Shown here: positions 61,153 through 64,000 of the stretch, one piece after another | How the letters are laid out: each line of letters opens with the position of its first letter | How positions within the stretch are numbered: the first letter of the stretch is position 1 | NCBI GenBank assembly: GCA_017881075.1 | Contig: JADGRH010000003.1 | Location: 682 to 64,681 of the forward strand | DNA from: Minisyncoccota bacterium | GTDB taxonomy: Bacteria; Patescibacteriota; Minisyncoccia; Phycocordibacterales; CAJBRS01 | Reading direction: 5' to 3' | Length of the DNA stretch: 64,000 nt | Program-made: the position numbers and the translations under genes | Notes under the pieces: generated by a model | What the model saw: the letters and a program-made list of their open reading frames with translations, nothing else | Database searches by the model: none | Told to the model about the DNA's origin: nothing

Positions 61153-61788
61153 ATGCAAAAAGAACGAAATGGATTCCTGCCAATGGCTATCGGATTAATG
61201 ATAATCCTCCTCGCCGTGGCCGTATATCAATACGCCAACTACAACCTTCCGTCGGTTGCGAATTATCAGGAGGCCACTTCAAGTAATCAGGTTGTATCCG
61301 ACACATCATCCTGGAAAACCTATAAAGACAATCAATCCGGATTTTCAATTAACTATCCGGCAGACTTTACTCTTCGCGATGATTCCAACGGCAACCTTGT
61401 TTTGGAAGTGCCTGTGAAAAATTATTTTAAAACAGTGTTAACGAGCGAAGCTAATCTCACCATCTCAAATCCAGCAAAAACTTGTCCAGCATCGATGGGA
61501 GAGAGGCTCGGCGCTACCACTACTGTGAGCTTCAATGGAGGAACATTCAATAAGGTATCATGGAGCGGTGTTGGTGCAGGGAATATTTACGAAGGAGCAG
61601 ATTACACTCTCATTTTAAATGCTAATTGCTACTCCATACACATGTTTCTTCATAGCGCCAATGGCGCCGGACTATATACTAGTGATCCGGCCGAGATCGT
61701 TAAAATGGATGCAGAACAAAAAAATGATAAGGCAGCATTCTTAACACTTGCCGACAAAATCGTTTCAACTTTTAAATTTACTAAATAA
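61153..61788 (+). CDS. membrane-anchored PsbP-like protein
   Basis: G|FL N-terminal TM; WKTY...GFSINYP...KIVSTFKF. Confidence 0.7.
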   Translation: MQKERNGFLPMAIGLMIILLAVAVYQYANYNLPSVANYQEATSSNQVVSDTSSWKTYKDNQSGFSINYPADFTLRDDSNGNLVLEVPVKNYFKTVLTSEANLTISNPAKTCPASMGERLGATTTVSFNGGTFNKVSWSGVGAGNIYEGADYTLILNANCYSIHMFLHSANGAGLYTSDPAEIVKMDAEQKNDKAAFLTLADKIVSTFKFTK

Positions 61789-61799
61789 TACAAAATACT

Positions 61800-62372
61800 A
61801 TGACCATCACATACATAATTATTGGTATCGTCGCCATTCTTCTCGGCTGGTTCGTTGCCGCCTACAACGGCTTCGTTCGTTTAGTCAATCGGGCCAAAGA
61901 AGCCTGGGCCGACATTGATGTTCAATTGAAGAGACGATACGACCTTATTCCTAACTTGGTAAATACTGTTAAGGGCTATGCCGCACACGAAGCGACCGCC
62001 TTTGAGAAAGTGACGGCGGCGCGAAGCGCCGCCATGGGGGCCGCAAGTGGTGGTCCAAATCTAGCCATGCGGGCCAAGGCAGAAGATCAGCTCTCCGGAG
62101 CTCTCGGCCGCATCTTTGCTATTGCCGAGGCCTACCCGGATCTGAAAGCCAATCAAAACTTTCTGGAGCTTCAGCGGGAATTGGAAGACACCGAAAACAA
62201 GATTCAGGCCGCTCGACGTTTTTATAACACCAATGTTCGCGATCTCAATATCAGGATTGATGTTTTTCCGGCCAGTATTATTTCCAGCATGTTTCATTTC
62301 CAAAAAATGGAATTCTTTCAGTTGGGCGAAGCTGATGCCGCCGCCAAAGAACCAGTTGAAGTGAAATTCTAA
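61800..62372 (+). CDS. lemA: LemA family protein
   Basis: AWADIDVQLKRRYDLIPNLV, AEAYPDLKAN, ARRFYN. Confidence 0.95.
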   Translation: MTITYIIIGIVAILLGWFVAAYNGFVRLVNRAKEAWADIDVQLKRRYDLIPNLVNTVKGYAAHEATAFEKVTAARSAAMGAASGGPNLAMRAKAEDQLSGALGRIFAIAEAYPDLKANQNFLELQRELEDTENKIQAARRFYNTNVRDLNIRIDVFPASIISSMFHFQKMEFFQLGEADAAAKEPVEVKF

Positions 62373-62375
62373 CTC

Positions 62376-62846
62376 ATGGATATTAAGGACAAGGAACTAC
62401 ATCGCATTGCTATTACAGCCATTATCTATAAAGAAGATGGCACATTCCTAATTACTAAACGTAGTCCCGACAAAAAAGCATTTCCTAATAAATGGACGGT
62501 TCCGGGTGGAGGACTTTCTGTGGATGATTATATTAATACTCCGCCGACTCACGATAATAATCAATGGTACCGCTCTCTTGAAAAAACTTTGCGGAGGGAA
62601 ATAAAAGAAGAAGTTAATCTAGAAATTGGCACACCAGACTATCTTCTCGATATTACTCTAATTCGCCCCGATAATATCCCAGTGCTTGTTTTAAGCTTCA
62701 TTGCCCCATATGTTTCCGGGGAAGTAATACTGGATAAAGATAGTGTCGAGTTTGCCTGGGTGAGCTATGAGGAAGCAAGGTCTTACGATCTGATCAGTGG
62801 TATTATCGAGGAAATCGAATTAGCAGATAAACGTCTTAAAAATTAG
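62376..62846 (+). CDS. NUDIX hydrolase
   Basis: WTVPGGG...LRREIKEEVNL. Confidence 0.9.
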   Translation: MDIKDKELHRIAITAIIYKEDGTFLITKRSPDKKAFPNKWTVPGGGLSVDDYINTPPTHDNNQWYRSLEKTLRREIKEEVNLEIGTPDYLLDITLIRPDNIPVLVLSFIAPYVSGEVILDKDSVEFAWVSYEEARSYDLISGIIEEIELADKRLKN

Positions 62847-62847
62847 T

Positions 62848-63756
62848 ATGGCATCACTTTATCATCAACAAGATTCAAATATCGCCAAGACATGGGTTCT
62901 AATGATCCTCTTTTTAATGGTGGTTATTTCCATCGGTTATTTTTTCAGTTTCTATTATCAAAGCCCGAGCATTTTATATTTTGCTGTTGTTTTTAGCCTT
63001 CTTATGAATATCGGCAGTTATTGGTTCTCCGACAAGATCGTTCTAAGAATATCTAGAGCAAGACCGGTGACTCGGGCCGAGGCGCCGGATTATTGGAATA
63101 CGGTGGAAAATCTTTCCATCACGGCGGGATTGCCGATGCCAAAGATCTATATTATTGATGATCCGGCCCCAAATGCCTTTGCCACCGGGCGCAATAAAGA
63201 GCATGCGGCTGTGGCGGCTACTACCGGTCTTTTGAATATGATGGACAAGACGGAGTTGGAAGGAGTAATTGCTCACGAGCTTTCGCATATCGGCAACAAA
63301 GATATTCTTCTTTCGACGGTAGTGGTGGTGCTTGTTGGATTGGTTACGCTACTCTCCGATTTCTTTTTGAGAATGTCTTTTTGGGGCGGCAATCGTGGAA
63401 ACAACAGGGAAGGGAATGCCGGCGCGATCCTCGCCATCATTGGCATCGTCCTGGCCATTCTCACTCCGATTATCGCTACGCTCATTCAGCTTGCCATCTC
63501 GCGCCGGCGCGAATCCCTCGCCGATGCCGATGGCGCCCTCCTCACTCGTTATCCGGAGGGCCTGGCATCGGCTCTGGAGAAGATCGCTGGCTACAAACGA
63601 CCCATGCTTCACGCCAACAACGCCACCGCCCATCTCTACATTTCCAATCCATTCGGGCCCGATAATAAAAAAGTCAGCGCCATCGCCCGCCTCTTCATGA
63701 CTCATCCGCCGCTCGCCGATCGCATTGCCGCTCTGCGCGACAGCGAAGTAAAATAA
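62848..63756 (+). CDS. htpX: zinc metalloprotease HtpX (M48)
   Basis: PNAFATGR, AHELSH, SRRRE..AD, THPP. Confidence 0.95.
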   Translation: MASLYHQQDSNIAKTWVLMILFLMVVISIGYFFSFYYQSPSILYFAVVFSLLMNIGSYWFSDKIVLRISRARPVTRAEAPDYWNTVENLSITAGLPMPKIYIIDDPAPNAFATGRNKEHAAVAATTGLLNMMDKTELEGVIAHELSHIGNKDILLSTVVVVLVGLVTLLSDFFLRMSFWGGNRGNNREGNAGAILAIIGIVLAILTPIIATLIQLAISRRRESLADADGALLTRYPEGLASALEKIAGYKRPMLHANNATAHLYISNPFGPDNKKVSAIARLFMTHPPLADRIAALRDSEVK

Positions 63757-63776
63757 ATAAAATAAAAATGCCGCCC

Positions 63777-64000
63777 CTATTGCTTCCGGGGCGACATTGC
63801 CGCTTTCTTTTTCTTCGGTTTCGGCATGATAATGTAAATCTTGTCGAAATGGGACACACCCACCTGTCCCCAAGACGCCAAAGGCAGGCCAAACCAATGT
63901 CTGGGAACGGCATTTCTGGTTACAAGCCATTTTACCCGTTCGTGCAAAATAATAGCCCATTTCCAGGAGTCTTTGAGTTTAACGTCTTTCCGTTTCAAGG
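63777..64000 (-). CDS. 3' part of a hypothetical gene running off the window
   Basis: open frame to the window edge, convergent with htpX. Confidence 0.4.
   Translation of the reverse strand, partial: LKRKDVKLKDSWKWAIILHERVKWLVTRNAVPRHWFGLPLASWGQVGVSHFDKIYIIMPKPKKKKAAMSPRKQ

Overview
Bacterial chromosome segment with the gene content and organisation typical of Patescibacteria/CPR (Parcubacteria-like); this taxonomy is an inference. Housekeeping blocks include infC-rpmI-rplT, ssrA-smpB/ftsH, recG, ligA-gatCA, a shortened prfB, ftsEX-pyrG, rnj, secG, groESL and lemA-htpX. There is a complete type IV pilus/competence locus (comF, pilMNO(P)-pilB-RR-pilT-pilC, 7 pilin-like genes, pilD) and eight tRNAs, including an unusual tRNA-Ile(UAU). 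The most notable accessory feature is a ~5.0 kb element integrated in tRNA-Ser(GCT), bounded by a 12-bp direct repeat (15456-15467 / 20476-20487). It pairs a large serine recombinase with a rolling-circle HUH Rep and carries no recognisable capsid or conjugation genes. Its att site lies inside the integrase 3' end, so excision would change the stop TGA to TGG and add a 14-aa C-terminal tail. Other points of interest: short palindromes inserted in-frame as doublets inside ligA, a three-gene HigBA-like module, mosaic surface proteins with apparently foreign domains, dispersed structured repeats, and many -10 hexamers 6-9 nt upstream of start codons (leaderless-like). All calls come from reading the sequence; no database searches were run.
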